64,000 bases of DNA. Source: Kofleriaceae bacterium (lineage in GTDB: Bacteria > Myxococcota_A > Polyangia > Haliangiales > Haliangiaceae). Below, in pieces: positions 21,831 to 36,142 of this stretch (the first letter of the stretch is position 1; the number at the start of each line of letters is the position of its first letter). Location of the stretch: contig JBKJLC010000293.1 of NCBI GenBank assembly GCA_046597055.1, forward strand, positions 32,001 to 96,000, given 5' to 3'. The notes beneath the pieces are model-generated. The model ran no database searches. It was not told the DNA's origin and saw nothing but the letters and a program-made list of their open reading frames with translations. The translations under genes were made by a program, and so were the position numbers.

Positions 21831-23225
21831 ATGTCGTCGCAGGCCGCGCTGTCGGACCCGTTCCCGCCGGTTGGCCCGCGGCTCGCAGGGACCGCGGCCG
21901 TGTGGCGAGGTACCCGCAACGATCTGCTCATCGCCACCGGTCACCGGAACATGCGCTTCACCGCCACGGTGGGGCTCATCTCGAACGGGCTCCTGGCCGG
22001 CATCTTCGTCCACGCCGGGTATCCCACCTGGCGCGTCATCGCGCAGCTCACGGTGTTCGCGCTCATGGTGTCGGCGCAGTTCTTCACCGTGAGGCGGGTC
22101 CGCCGCACCGCGACCTGCATCGATCAGGCGGTGGTCGGCCTCCACAGCATGGCGCAGGTCTACCTGGTCGGCGTGGTCGCGCTCACCGGCGGTCTGCACA
22201 GCCCGCTGATCGCGTCGATCGGCTCCGCGACTGCGTTGCCCATCATCTTCTTCGGCGCGCAGGCGGTGTCGCGGCGGCTGACGGCGTCGCTGGTGGTCCT
22301 GTTCGTCGCGATGGCGATGCTGCCAGGCGCCTGGTTGGGCCCAGCCCTGCCACCCGATCACTACATCGCGGCCGCGATCATCTCGTTCGTGTGGACGGTC
22401 CTGATCGTCACCACCTTCGTGACGCGCATCCACCACGCGACCGTGGCGGCGTCGTGCACGGTCGACCGGCTCAGCGAGGAGCAGGTCGCGGCCAGCGCCG
22501 AGCAGCTGCTGCGCCTGCAGTCGGTGGGCTCGAAGGTCGCCCACGAGCTCAAGAACCCGCTAGCGTCGATCAAGGGGCTGGTCCAGCTGGTCGCGCGCTC
22601 GACCGAATCGGCCAAGAACCAGGAGCGGCTCGAGGTGGTGCGCAGCGAGATCGTTCGCATGGAGACGATCCTCGCCGAGTATCTGTCGTTCTCGCGTCCG
22701 CTCGACGAGCTGCGACCGCAGCCGGTCGACGTCGCCGCGCTGGTCGCCGACGTGATCACGGTGATCGCGGGCCGCGCCGAGCAGGCAACCATCGCCGTCG
22801 CGGTCGACACCCGGCCGGCAAAGATCGCGGCCGATCCGCGCCGGCTCAAGGAGGCGCTGCTCAACCTGCTGGCCAACGCGATCGAGGCGACCCCGGCCGG
22901 CGGCCGCATCGCGGTGATCGCCCGACCCGCCGACGGCGCCGACGGCGGCGCGATGATCGAGGTCCGCGACACCGGCCGCGGCATCAAGCCCGACGACCTC
23001 GCGCGGCTCGGCACCTCGTTCTTCACCACCCGCGACGGCGGCACCGGGCTCGGCGTGGTGCTGGCCCACAACGTCGTCGCCCAGCACGGCGGCACCATGC
23101 ACTACGCGAGCGCGCCCGGCCGCGGCACCAGCGTGACCATCCGGCTGCCCCCGGCGCCGACCCCGGCGGCCCAGGGCCTGGCGCTGACGACCTCGCCGGC
23201 CCGGTCGCTCGAGCCGGCCGCCTGA
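21831..23225 (+). CDS. Membrane sensor histidine kinase
   Basis: AHELKNPL, NLLANAIEA, DTGRG, GTGLG. Confidence 0.93.
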   Translation: MSSQAALSDPFPPVGPRLAGTAAVWRGTRNDLLIATGHRNMRFTATVGLISNGLLAGIFVHAGYPTWRVIAQLTVFALMVSAQFFTVRRVRRTATCIDQAVVGLHSMAQVYLVGVVALTGGLHSPLIASIGSATALPIIFFGAQAVSRRLTASLVVLFVAMAMLPGAWLGPALPPDHYIAAAIISFVWTVLIVTTFVTRIHHATVAASCTVDRLSEEQVAASAEQLLRLQSVGSKVAHELKNPLASIKGLVQLVARSTESAKNQERLEVVRSEIVRMETILAEYLSFSRPLDELRPQPVDVAALVADVITVIAGRAEQATIAVAVDTRPAKIAADPRRLKEALLNLLANAIEATPAGGRIAVIARPADGADGGAMIEVRDTGRGIKPDDLARLGTSFFTTRDGGTGLGVVLAHNVVAQHGGTMHYASAPGRGTSVTIRLPPAPTPAAQGLALTTSPARSLEPAA

Positions 23226-23304
23226 GCGGAGCGGGCTCCGGCCAGCGACGACCGACGAAAGGGCGGGTGGAAGCCCATGCGTCCCCCCCGCGCGGCCGCG
23301 TACG

Positions 23305-24705
<1,401 letters not shown>

Positions 24706-24785
24706 CCGGCACCGCGCTGCGGTGCGCGCCGCCCCGCGCGTGAAGGACGCGTGAAGCCGGCTGGACCGCCCCTGCCGCCTGGCTG

Positions 24786-25604
24786 ATGATGGCCGCCGTG
24801 AAGCACCTCGCCGCGCTCATCGTCCTGGCCGGCCTCGTCACCGCGCCTTGCCCCGCCCGCGCCGACGACGAGGTGGCGCCGGTGGACCGCGGGCTCCACG
24901 GGCCGATCGTCCTGACCGGCGTGACCCTCTATATCCTCGGCGAGAGCGTGCTGAAGGGGCCGATCTCGCCCGACACCTGCCGCTGGTGTGGACCGGTCCT
25001 GTTCGATGGCGCCGTGCGCGACGCGCTGGTGTGGCCGCGCCGCGACATCGCGCACCAGCTCAGCAACGCCACCGGGTTCGTCGGCGCGCCGCTGGCCGCG
25101 TTCGGCGGGCTCGCCCTCGCCGCCCGTCTCGACGATCGCAGCGGCACGTTCGTCGACGACGCGCTGATCGTCGCCGAGTCCGCGGTGCTCTCCGGCACCG
25201 TCAACTACCTGATCAAGGCGGCGGTCGGCCGCGAGCGCCCGTTCGTGCACGCGCTCGCCGACGAAGACAAGCCGCTGACCCGACGCCCCCAGGACAACAA
25301 CCTGTCGTTCTACTCGGGCCACTCGGCGTACAGCATGAGCCTGGCCGTCTCGGCCGGCACGGTCGCGTCGATGCGCGGCTACCGGTGGGCGCCCGCGATC
25401 TGGGGCACCGGCGTCGGCCTGTCGCTCACGACCGGCTACCTGCGCATCGCCGCCGACAAGCACTGGACCACCGACGTCGTGGTCGGCTGGGTCGCCGGCG
25501 CCGCCATCGGCTACCTGGTCCCCCAGTTCCATCGCAAGTCCAGCCGCACCGGCGTGGTCCCCTCGGCCACCGGCCAGACCGTCGGCATGTCCTTCCGCTG
25601 GTAG
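24786..25604 (+). CDS. PAP2 family phosphatase
   Basis: K..VGRERP, SFYSGH, RIAADKHWTTDV. Confidence 0.9.
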   Translation: MMAAVKHLAALIVLAGLVTAPCPARADDEVAPVDRGLHGPIVLTGVTLYILGESVLKGPISPDTCRWCGPVLFDGAVRDALVWPRRDIAHQLSNATGFVGAPLAAFGGLALAARLDDRSGTFVDDALIVAESAVLSGTVNYLIKAAVGRERPFVHALADEDKPLTRRPQDNNLSFYSGHSAYSMSLAVSAGTVASMRGYRWAPAIWGTGVGLSLTTGYLRIAADKHWTTDVVVGWVAGAAIGYLVPQFHRKSSRTGVVPSATGQTVGMSFRW

Positions 25605-25632
25605 CCCTTCGCCCCCGGACCCCGGCGCCGGG

Positions 25633-27474
25633 CTACAGCCGCTGGCCCCAGGGATGGCGCGCGATCAGCGCCACCGCCCGGGTCCGCGCCCGATCATCGA
25701 GCCGGTCGTCGGCGGCCTCCGCCAGCGCGGCCGCCAGCTCGGTCGCCGAGGCGAACCGGTCTATGCGATCCTTGGCCAGCCCGATCGCGAGCACCCGGTC
25801 GACATCGGCGGGCAGCTCGATCAGCGCCGACGGGCGGGTCGGCATCTTGAAGACGACGTCGTAGAGCGTCGACGGCACGTCCTTGCCGGTGAACGCCGGG
25901 TGGCCGGTGAGACAGCGGTAGACGATCGCCGCCAGCGCGTAGACGTCGGCGCGCAGGTCGACCTCCTCGCCGCGGGCTTGCTCGGGCGCCATGTAGCCCG
26001 GGGTGCCGACCACGTGCCCGGCGGTGAGGGTACCGCCGTGGTCGGCGACCTTCGACACGCCGAAGTCGAGCAGCTTCCAGGTGAAGCGGCCGGTCTCCTC
26101 GGCGAGGAACAGGTTGTGGGGCTTGATGTCGCGGTGCACGACGCCGGTCCGGTGCGCGACCTCGAGGCCGGTCGCGAGCTGCCGGACCAGGATCACCACC
26201 TGGGCGAGCGGGAGCCGACGGGCCCGGCGCAGGTGGTGGGCGAGATCGAAGCCGCGCAGCCGCTCCATCGCGATGAACGGAATCTCGCCGGCGGTCATGC
26301 CGACCTCGTGGACCGCCACCAGGTACGGGCTGTCGAGCCGCGCCGCCACCTCGGCCTCGCGCAAGAAGCGCGCGACCGCCTGCGGATCCGCCAGCGTGCT
26401 GGGGTGCAGCAGCTTGACCGCCGCGTCGCGCTGGTCGTGGACGCTGGTCGCGTCATAGACCTCGCCCATGCCCCCGCGCCCGATCAGGTTGCCCAGCCGG
26501 TACGAGCCGATCTCCTGGCCGGTGTAGCGGCCGGGACCGCCGACCTTGAGCGCGCGATCGAGCTCCTGGCGGACCTCGGCGAGCAGCGCCTCGCGCATCG
26601 AGATCGCGCGCACCGCGCGGTCGAGCCGCTCGACCGCCTCCAGCGTGGCCCGCCGGCTGCGCCGCCCGAAGTACAGCGCCGACAGGTACAGCATCTGGAT
26701 GGTGACGTGCGAGATCACCTGGTCCGGGATCGGCAGCGCGGTCGACCGCATCACGCTGATCTCGGTCACCGCCCCGGTCGCGAACAGCGCGGCCATGGTC
26801 AGGTGTCCGATCGCCCCGAACCCGTACAGGAGCAGCGCGTCGCGCAGGCTGTGGCCGAGGCTGAAAAAATAGACCCCGAACAGCATCATCGAGCAGGCCG
26901 GTGACACCACGCCCCAGTAGAGGGTGCCGCCCAGCATCGCGAGGATGCCGAACACGCCGGCGACCAGCACCCGGCTGCTGGTGAACCGCGCCGGATCGCG
27001 CATCTGCACCAGGAGCCAGCTGGTGGCGGCCACCACCGCGGCCAGGGTGACGCCGAAGATCGCCTTGGCCACCGGGTTGCCGCCAGCCGGCAGCACCGCG
27101 ACCGACGCGCCCAGCGCGAGCATGATCGCGAGTCGCGAGAACGCGCGGGTGCGCTCGATCTCCTCGACCCGCATCGCGTCGATCGGCGTGGCGGCGGTCG
27201 ACTGCCGGGTGTCGCCCTCGGCGCTCGGCAGCAGGCCGTGGGTCGACGGCAGTTGCTGGGTCGGCTGGCCGTGGACGACGTCGACCGGCCCGGTCGACGC
27301 GGTCGCGCTCGGTCCCGGCCGGCGGCGCGCCGCCGGGGCCGCCGCCTGGGTCGCCGACTCGCGGATCAGATCGAAGGTCGCACCGTCGAGAACGTCGCGA
27401 TCGTCGCCGTGCGGGTCGGGCGTCGCCGGATCAGCGCCGACGGCGTCCCCCTTGCTGCGCTCGCGCCCCGTCAC
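25633..27474 (-). CDS. Membrane Ser/Thr kinase (TM region then kinase domain)
   Basis: GRGGMGEVY, HRDIKPHN, DFG, GTPGYMAPE. Confidence 0.93.
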   Translation of the reverse strand: MTGRERSKGDAVGADPATPDPHGDDRDVLDGATFDLIRESATQAAAPAARRRPGPSATASTGPVDVVHGQPTQQLPSTHGLLPSAEGDTRQSTAATPIDAMRVEEIERTRAFSRLAIMLALGASVAVLPAGGNPVAKAIFGVTLAAVVAATSWLLVQMRDPARFTSSRVLVAGVFGILAMLGGTLYWGVVSPACSMMLFGVYFFSLGHSLRDALLLYGFGAIGHLTMAALFATGAVTEISVMRSTALPIPDQVISHVTIQMLYLSALYFGRRSRRATLEAVERLDRAVRAISMREALLAEVRQELDRALKVGGPGRYTGQEIGSYRLGNLIGRGGMGEVYDATSVHDQRDAAVKLLHPSTLADPQAVARFLREAEVAARLDSPYLVAVHEVGMTAGEIPFIAMERLRGFDLAHHLRRARRLPLAQVVILVRQLATGLEVAHRTGVVHRDIKPHNLFLAEETGRFTWKLLDFGVSKVADHGGTLTAGHVVGTPGYMAPEQARGEEVDLRADVYALAAIVYRCLTGHPAFTGKDVPSTLYDVVFKMPTRPSALIELPADVDRVLAIGLAKDRIDRFASATELAAALAEAADDRLDDRARTRAVALIARHPWGQRL

Positions 27475-27528
27475 GTGATCCCGAGTCTAGCATCGGGGTC
27501 GCCTGCGCTCCGCCCGATGCGGACCCGC

Positions 27529-28449
27529 TCAGACGGGCGTGCACGCCGTCAGCGGGACGCAGCTGCCGGTCCAGCATCCGCCTTGCACCCCGGCGACGGT
27601 GCCGTCGGGGCAGACCGGTGGCGGCATCGCACACGCCGCGTCGCCGTAGCAGTCGCCCGGCTCGTCGCCGGGCACGCAGGTCCCCTCGCAGATCGGCGTG
27701 GGCGGGCACTCGAACCCGGGCGCCGAGTCGCAGGGATAACAGCGTGGCTCGCAGTGCGCCTCCGGGCCGCAGTCGATCCCGGCGCACACGTCGCCCGGCG
27801 GCACGCAGCGGCCGTAGCACACCGGCGGACACGCCTCGCCGGGTTCGCAGCCGGGCGGCGGCAGGCACTCGGTCTCGCTGGTGCAGTCCCAACCGCTCGG
27901 ACACTCGCTGTCCCCGTAGCAGCCGGGCACCGGCGTCTCCGACGCGCACTCGAAGAACCGCAGCGCGAGCGCCGGCGGCGTGAAGTACGCCAGCGGGCGG
28001 TAGTGCGCCTCGCAGTCGTTACGGCGCGAGCACGCGTGCGCGTCGAGCGCGCTGCACGCGACCCGCGAGTCGTCGGGGCCCGACGGCGCCAGGCCCCAGC
28101 ACTCGTGGAAGTTCCATGGCGCCTCGCAGCGGGCATTCGGCGGGCACTCGGTGTAGGCGGCCCGGCACGCGACGTCGGCGAGACAGCTCGCCTCGTCCAG
28201 GCCCTCGCAGGGTCCGGGACAGGTCGCCCAGTCGCGTGCCTCGGCCGGCTCGGGCGCGCCGACCCGGGGATCGTCGCAGCTGCTCCCGAACCCCTCGCAG
28301 ACGCCGCTCTGCGGGTCGCGAAGCCCGAGCCGTGCGATCTCGGCACAGTCGTCATCATCATCGTCCTCGCCCCAGTACACCGTGCAGCCGGCGGGGAGCG
28401 CGAGCAGCGCGGCGAGCACGACGAGACCCGTAGCAAGACGCTGGATCAT
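27529..28449 (-). CDS. Cys-rich putative lipoprotein
   Basis: LPAGC lipobox, Asp run, many Cys-rich repeats. Confidence 0.8.
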   Translation of the reverse strand: MIQRLATGLVVLAALLALPAGCTVYWGEDDDDDDCAEIARLGLRDPQSGVCEGFGSSCDDPRVGAPEPAEARDWATCPGPCEGLDEASCLADVACRAAYTECPPNARCEAPWNFHECWGLAPSGPDDSRVACSALDAHACSRRNDCEAHYRPLAYFTPPALALRFFECASETPVPGCYGDSECPSGWDCTSETECLPPPGCEPGEACPPVCYGRCVPPGDVCAGIDCGPEAHCEPRCYPCDSAPGFECPPTPICEGTCVPGDEPGDCYGDAACAMPPPVCPDGTVAGVQGGCWTGSCVPLTACTPV

Positions 28450-28631
28450 GGACACGGCTCCTGTTAGGCGAGACAAGGCTCCCGCTCTCAGCAAGGCCCA
28501 CGCCAGCGCGGCGCGCGAAACAACTGCGCGATCTCATGGACGCCGCGGCGACCGCGACTCAGTTTTGTGAGGCTTGACCGCGGGTACCATCGCGGTTTAC
28601 CCACGACGCGGGTCCGACCCGACCACCCCCC

Positions 28632-29363
<732 letters not shown>

Positions 29364-29410
29364 CCGAGCGGGGCCCCTGGGTGCCCCGCGACGCGTGCTA
29401 AAGACTGGCG

Positions 29411-31177
<1,767 letters not shown>

Positions 31178-31210
31178 TGCGCCGCGCGCGACCTCGGCTA
31201 TAGTCGAGGC

Positions 31211-31429
31211 ATGCGCTTCGAGATCCGTTACTGCGTGATGTGAGGCTACCGGGCCGAGGCTGCCCGGGTGGCGGCCGCATTGCGGAAGGCGCTGGGCGCC
31301 GAGGTCACGCTGGCCTCGGGCGGTCGCGGTGAGTTCACGGTCTGGCGCGACGGCGTGAAGATCGTGGATACGTCGAAGACCGGCGAGTTCCCGACCGACG
31401 ACGAGGTCGTGGCCGCGGCTCGCGCCTGA
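31211..31429 (+). CDS. Rdx (SelT/SelW/SelH) family selenoprotein with CxxU; in-frame TGA at 31241-31243
   Basis: MRFEIRYCVM-U-GYRAEAARVAAAL...GGRGEFTV...GEFPTDDEV; hairpin directly after the UGA. Confidence 0.85.
31245..31272 (+). promoter_or_regulatory. Putative bacterial SECIS hairpin
   Basis: GCTAC-CGGGC-CGAGGCT-GCCCG-G-GTGGC immediately 3' of the in-frame TGA. Confidence 0.6.
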
Positions 31430-31440
31430 CCCGCGCGAGG

Positions 31441-32652
31441 TCAGCGCGCGCTACCCGGCGTCAGCTCGAACACCTCGACCGACGCTGCGCTGGCGGCCCG
31501 GTACATGCTCGGGTCGATCAGGTACAGCACCGCGTCGTCGTCGCCGTCGGGCGCGTGCGCGCCCAGCTCGTACCGGACCTGATCGCTGCGGACCCACAGC
31601 GTGCGCAGCCCGGCCGGCACCTCGCTCAGGTCGGGGTCGCGCCATCGAACCAGGTCGGCGACGCACTTGGGGTGCCCGGTATGCCCGGCCACCTGGCGAA
31701 CCCCGGCCGGCAGCGAGCGCGGGTGATACCGGCGGGGCCGGACCTGTTCCTGCTCCCACGACCGATCGGCGCCCGGTCGATCGGGATCCGCCGGCCGGTG
31801 ATAGAGCAGGCCACCGCCCTCGGCGAGCCCGCCATCGCGGCCGATCGCGCCCGGCACATGGAGCGGCGCCAGCGACAGCGGCACCCAGTCGCCAGCGGTC
31901 CAGGACGGCCGCACCACCTCGACCGCGGCGTCGAGGTGCCGCTCGAGCGCGTCGGCGATCACCTCGGCCGACCGCGCTCCGTCGAGGCCGAGCAGCCCGA
32001 GCTCGCGCGCGGTCACGCCGGCGTGGGTGAGCAGCAGGCGGCGGTCGCCCAGCGCCGCGGTCGCGGCGAGGCGGAGCCGGCCGGCGAGGAGCAGCCCCCC
32101 GACCAGCTCCCGCTGGCCCTCGGTGTACGCCGAGAAGTCGCGGTGCACGACGCCCGGCGTCGGCAGCTCGGGAAACGCTGCGGTGTAGGCCGCGAGCCGG
32201 GCCGCATGTCCGGCCGGGTCATGGCTCTTGCGCGCGAGCACCTCGCCGGCCAGCTCGGCGCCCGCGGCGAACCGGGCATCGGTCGCGCCCGCCAGCTCCA
32301 TCACCCGCGCCATGTCGTGGTTGCCGGCCAGGATCACGACCTGCTCGGGCGGATGTGCGGCCAGCCAGGTCAGCACCCGACGCCCGTCCACCTGCGCCTC
32401 GGCGGTGGTCCCCTGGGCGCGCGTGCCGTAGTCGAAGTGATCTCCGATGCTGATCAGCTGCACCTCGTCACGGAGCTGGCCGTCATCGTCGAGCAGCCGG
32501 TGATGGTCGAGCACCTCGAACACCCGCTGCGCGCTGGCCTGGGGGTCGCCGAGCGCCACGGTCCGGCCGATCGCGACCGGCGCGCGCGGCACGATGGCAT
32601 CACCGTCGACCAGGCGGTCGGCCAGGGCGATCGCCCGCGCCACGCGATCCAT
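31441..32652 (-). CDS. Calcineurin-like metallophosphoesterase
   Basis: GDPQA, GDHFD, GNHD, THAG, GHTG. Confidence 0.8.
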   Translation of the reverse strand: MDRVARAIALADRLVDGDAIVPRAPVAIGRTVALGDPQASAQRVFEVLDHHRLLDDDGQLRDEVQLISIGDHFDYGTRAQGTTAEAQVDGRRVLTWLAAHPPEQVVILAGNHDMARVMELAGATDARFAAGAELAGEVLARKSHDPAGHAARLAAYTAAFPELPTPGVVHRDFSAYTEGQRELVGGLLLAGRLRLAATAALGDRRLLLTHAGVTARELGLLGLDGARSAEVIADALERHLDAAVEVVRPSWTAGDWVPLSLAPLHVPGAIGRDGGLAEGGGLLYHRPADPDRPGADRSWEQEQVRPRRYHPRSLPAGVRQVAGHTGHPKCVADLVRWRDPDLSEVPAGLRTLWVRSDQVRYELGAHAPDGDDDAVLYLIDPSMYRAASAASVEVFELTPGSAR

Positions 32653-32735
32653 CCCTTCAGTCTGGCATGGCGCCCGCTGCGGGACACCGCCCACCCCGGC
32701 TTACTTGCGCGGATCCCATCGAGTAACGTCGCTCG

Positions 32736-33791
32736 GTGCGCACCATCGCGATCCTGGTTGGCGTCGTCATCCTCCTCGCCGCCCTCAAGGCGGCCTCGGC
32801 GATCGTGGTCCCGCTCCTGCTCGCGACCATGATCGCGCTGGCCTTCCAGCCCATCTCCGAGCGCCTGGCCCGGCGCGGCGTGCCGCCGATCGTCGCGGCG
32901 ATCCTCACCATCCTGTGCGTGCTCGGCGCGATCGCCGGGGTCGCGTTCCTGATCGGGCTCGCCGCGCGCGACTTCGCCGCCGACGCGCCGCGCTACGGCG
33001 CCGAGCTCGGCGCGATGCGCGATCAGCTCAAGGGATGGCTCTCGGCGCGAGGCATGGGCGCGATGGCCGGCGACCTCGACTCGGCGGCGCCCCAGGTCGG
33101 CATCAGCGACCTCCTCAGCCAGGCCGCGTTCATGCTGTCGGGCGTGCTCGGCACCCTGTTCAACGTCCTGCTCCTCACGGCCTTTATGCAGGTCGAGGCC
33201 ACCATGCTGCGCGACAAGCTCGAGCTCGTCCTGGCCGACTCCAAGTCATCGGAGCACGTCAGCAAGGCCATGGACGAGACCCAGCGCTACTTCCGGGTCA
33301 AGGCGATGCTGTCGCTCGCCAACGGCGTGCTGCTCGGCACCTGGTGTGCGATCTGGGGCGTCTCGAACCCGGTCCTGTGGGGCGTGCTGGCGTTCGCCCT
33401 CAACTTCGTCCCTATCATCGGAAGCCTGCTCGCGGCGATTCCGCCGGTCGTGCTGGGCCTGGTCGAGCTCGGGTTGGGGGGCGCGCTCGGCGTCGCCGCC
33501 GGCTTTGCCGCGGTCAACGTCGTGGTCGACAACATGCTCGAGCCGCGCCTGATGGGCCGGGCCCTGGGCGTCTCGCCGCTGGTCCTGATGATCTCGCTCC
33601 TGGTCTGGGGCTTCGTGCTCGGCCCGGTCGGCGCGCTGCTGTCGGTGCCGCTGACGGTCGCGGTCCGGATCTTCTTCGACAATCACCCCCAGCTGCGCTG
33701 GGTCGGCCTCCTGATGGCGTCGAGCACCCGCGACTACAAGGACGTGATCCGGCAGGGGCGCACCCCGCACATGATCCGCCCGCCCGAGTAG
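32736..33791 (+). CDS. AI-2E family transporter
   Basis: Multi-TM; NFVPIIGS, NMLEPRLMG, WGFVLGPVGALLSVPLT. Confidence 0.9.
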   Translation: MRTIAILVGVVILLAALKAASAIVVPLLLATMIALAFQPISERLARRGVPPIVAAILTILCVLGAIAGVAFLIGLAARDFAADAPRYGAELGAMRDQLKGWLSARGMGAMAGDLDSAAPQVGISDLLSQAAFMLSGVLGTLFNVLLLTAFMQVEATMLRDKLELVLADSKSSEHVSKAMDETQRYFRVKAMLSLANGVLLGTWCAIWGVSNPVLWGVLAFALNFVPIIGSLLAAIPPVVLGLVELGLGGALGVAAGFAAVNVVVDNMLEPRLMGRALGVSPLVLMISLLVWGFVLGPVGALLSVPLTVAVRIFFDNHPQLRWVGLLMASSTRDYKDVIRQGRTPHMIRPPE

Positions 33792-33827
33792 CATCGCCGG
33801 CTTGCCCGGTCGTCGGCGGCATGGGAC

Positions 33828-34562
33828 ATGGGCAGCATGTCCTCGCTTCGCACGCTGACCTTCACGGTGAAGACGGTGGCCGCGGCCTGCGGCGGCTCCA
33901 CCGGTGCTCCCGCCGCCAGCCAGCCCGCCCCCGCGCACACGCCAGCCGACGTCGGCGACCACCGCCACCACCACGGCGACGGCATGCCCCATCGGTTCGA
34001 CGGCGCCGAGGCGTGGGCCAAGGTGTTCGATGATCCGGCGCGCGACGCCTGGCAGCAACCCGACCAGGTGGTCGGCCTGCTCGACCTGGCGCCGGGCATG
34101 GTGGTCGCCGACGTCGGCGCCGGCACCGGCTACTTCGTCGGTCGGCTGGCCGGCGCGGTCGGTCCCTCCGGCCAGGTGATCGCCACCGACGTCGAGGCCG
34201 ACATGGTGCGCTACCTCGGCGAGCGCGGCGCCCGTGACGGCTGGACCAACGTGCGCGCGGTCCAGGTAGCCGGCGACGATCCCGGCCTCACCGCCGCCTC
34301 GGTCGACCGCATCCTGATCGTCGACGTCTGGCACCACCTCGGCGATCGGCCGCGCTACGCGGCCCGGCTGGCCGCCGCGCTGCGCCCGGGCGCGCGCCTG
34401 ATGGTCGTCGACTTCACGCTCGACGCCGAGCGCGGGCCCCCCCGCGCCCTGCGGCTGGCGCCCGAGGCGATCATCGCCGACCTCACCGCCGCCGGGCTCA
34501 CCGCCGAGGTGGTGGCCGAGACGCTCCCCGATCAGTACGTCGTGGTCGCGCGCGCCCGCTGA
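33828..34562 (+). CDS. Class I SAM-dependent methyltransferase
   Basis: RDAWQQPD, VADVGAGTGYF. Confidence 0.87.
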   Translation: MGSMSSLRTLTFTVKTVAAACGGSTGAPAASQPAPAHTPADVGDHRHHHGDGMPHRFDGAEAWAKVFDDPARDAWQQPDQVVGLLDLAPGMVVADVGAGTGYFVGRLAGAVGPSGQVIATDVEADMVRYLGERGARDGWTNVRAVQVAGDDPGLTAASVDRILIVDVWHHLGDRPRYAARLAAALRPGARLMVVDFTLDAERGPPRALRLAPEAIIADLTAAGLTAEVVAETLPDQYVVVARAR

Positions 34563-34695
34563 CGCCGAACCGCGCCGAGTGCGGCGCCATGCGGCGGCGC
34601 GAGCGACCTGCGGTGAGGCTTCCACGCCTCGGGTTGTGATGGAGTGGAATGACCCCCACACATGGCTTGCCAGTAGCACCCCTACAGTCACTCCC

Positions 34696-35742
34696 ATGAA
34701 GCCCAGCGTGTTCGTCCTGATCGTGCTGGCGGCCGGCTGCGGCCGGGACGAGCTCCGGGTGTCCGGCTCCACGTACGCTTACACTCCCGGCGCGCCGGAC
34801 TGGATCTCTCAGCGGACGCATCTCCTTGCACCGCGCGCTGCACATGGGCTGGTCGCACTACCCGGCCGCGCGTTCCTCGTGATCGGCGGCGACCGCGGCA
34901 AGCTCGACTCGTCGCCCACGGTCGAGCCCGCGCTCGACATCGAGCGCTGCGTGCTCGGCGAACCCGCGTGTGTCGTTGTCGGCCGGCTCGCGCGTCCGAC
35001 CGAACAACCGACGGTCGCGCGCGCGCCCGACGGGACGATCGTGGTCGCCGATTGGCGCGGACTTCAGATCTTCGATCCCGCCACCGGGACGACCGCGGAG
35101 GTCCCGGTGGCGCCACACACGATCGTCGCGACGGCCGCTGGCGTCGTCCTGCTCGGGATCGAGGGTGCGCGGGATCGGACCACGAACCTCCCCGGGCCGT
35201 ACCAGTTCGGCCTGTTCCGCGGCCAGGCCACGGGTCTCGAGCCGCTCGCGGCCGCCCCCAACGCGGCGTGGGCAGGCGGGGTGGATGTGCTCGACGGAGA
35301 TCGCATCGTCACGGCATCGCGCACGAGCTCGGCGCTGCTCGACGTCGCGACCGAGACGTGGACGGTGCTACCGAGCCTGCCGACGGAGACGTTCACGACG
35401 CACGTGGTGCAGGTCGGGGACGGCCTCGTGCTCGCGATTCCCGACGGCGCTCCGAAGGCGTATTTGCTCTCGGCGGCCACGCTGCGTTGGACGGCCGTCG
35501 CCGTGCCCACGACCACGGACCATGTGCAGCACGCGCTCACGGTCCCGGGCGGGGCCGTGGTGGTCACCAGTGACGGCGTCGGCGGCGCGACCCGTACGTT
35601 CCGCGTCAGCGATGGGTCCTGGCTCGCGGGCCCGCCCCCGCCGCCGTGGTCGATCCTGAACGCCGCGGTCGTGCTCGACGACGGCACGGTGATCTCGGTG
35701 GGAGGGTGCGACTCCAACTTCATCGACGCGCGCGCGTCGTGA
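34696..35742 (+). CDS. Lipoprotein, Kelch/beta-propeller-like
   Basis: MKPSVFVLIVLAAGC lipobox; LVIGG and ISVGG with Trp-containing repeats. Confidence 0.65.
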   Translation: MKPSVFVLIVLAAGCGRDELRVSGSTYAYTPGAPDWISQRTHLLAPRAAHGLVALPGRAFLVIGGDRGKLDSSPTVEPALDIERCVLGEPACVVVGRLARPTEQPTVARAPDGTIVVADWRGLQIFDPATGTTAEVPVAPHTIVATAAGVVLLGIEGARDRTTNLPGPYQFGLFRGQATGLEPLAAAPNAAWAGGVDVLDGDRIVTASRTSSALLDVATETWTVLPSLPTETFTTHVVQVGDGLVLAIPDGAPKAYLLSAATLRWTAVAVPTTTDHVQHALTVPGGAVVVTSDGVGGATRTFRVSDGSWLAGPPPPPWSILNAAVVLDDGTVISVGGCDSNFIDARAS

Positions 35743-35810
35743 CCTGCGCTGGTCGCCTGCACGTGACCGGTGGCGGTCGGCCGGGCGTCGGCGACCGCGG
35801 CGGTGATGCG

Positions 35811-35882
35811 TACCCACGAAGGGAATCGAACCCTCTCCATCGGTTTGAAAGGCCGAGGTCCTGACCACTGGACGACGCGGGC
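35811..35882 (-). tRNA. tRNA-Glu(TTC)
   Basis: Cloverleaf; anticodon loop CTTTCAA; T loop GGTTCGATTCC. Confidence 0.85.
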
Positions 35883-35896
35883 GGTGACAGACGGGG

Positions 35897-35964
35897 TGCC
35901 TCTGGCAGGAATCGAACCTGCTCACCAGGTGTCGGAGACCCGGGTCGGATCCGTCCACAGAGGC
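35897..35964 (-). tRNA. tRNA-Arg(CCG), shortened D arm
   Basis: Acceptor GCCTCTG/CAGAGGC; loop CTCCGAC. Confidence 0.7.
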
Positions 35965-35975
35965 GAGAAACGCGG

Positions 35976-36049
35976 AGCCCACCGACGGATTCGAACCGTC
36001 CTCTCTCCCGTACCAGGGGGGTGTGTCCGACCAGGATCACCAGATGGGC
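35976..36049 (-). tRNA. tRNA-Thr(GGT)
   Basis: Loop CTGGTAC; GGTTCGAATCC. Confidence 0.75.
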
Positions 36050-36062
36050 GTGAGCGTTGCGG

Positions 36063-36135
36063 TCGGGATCGAGAGGATCGAACTCTCCCATTTCGCCGTG
36101 TGAGAGCGACCTCACCCCCAGGTGAGCTGATCCCG
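36063..36135 (-). tRNA. tRNA-Val(CAC)
   Basis: Acceptor CGGGATC/GATCCCG; loop CTCACAC. Confidence 0.75.
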
Positions 36136-36142
36136 ATTTCAA

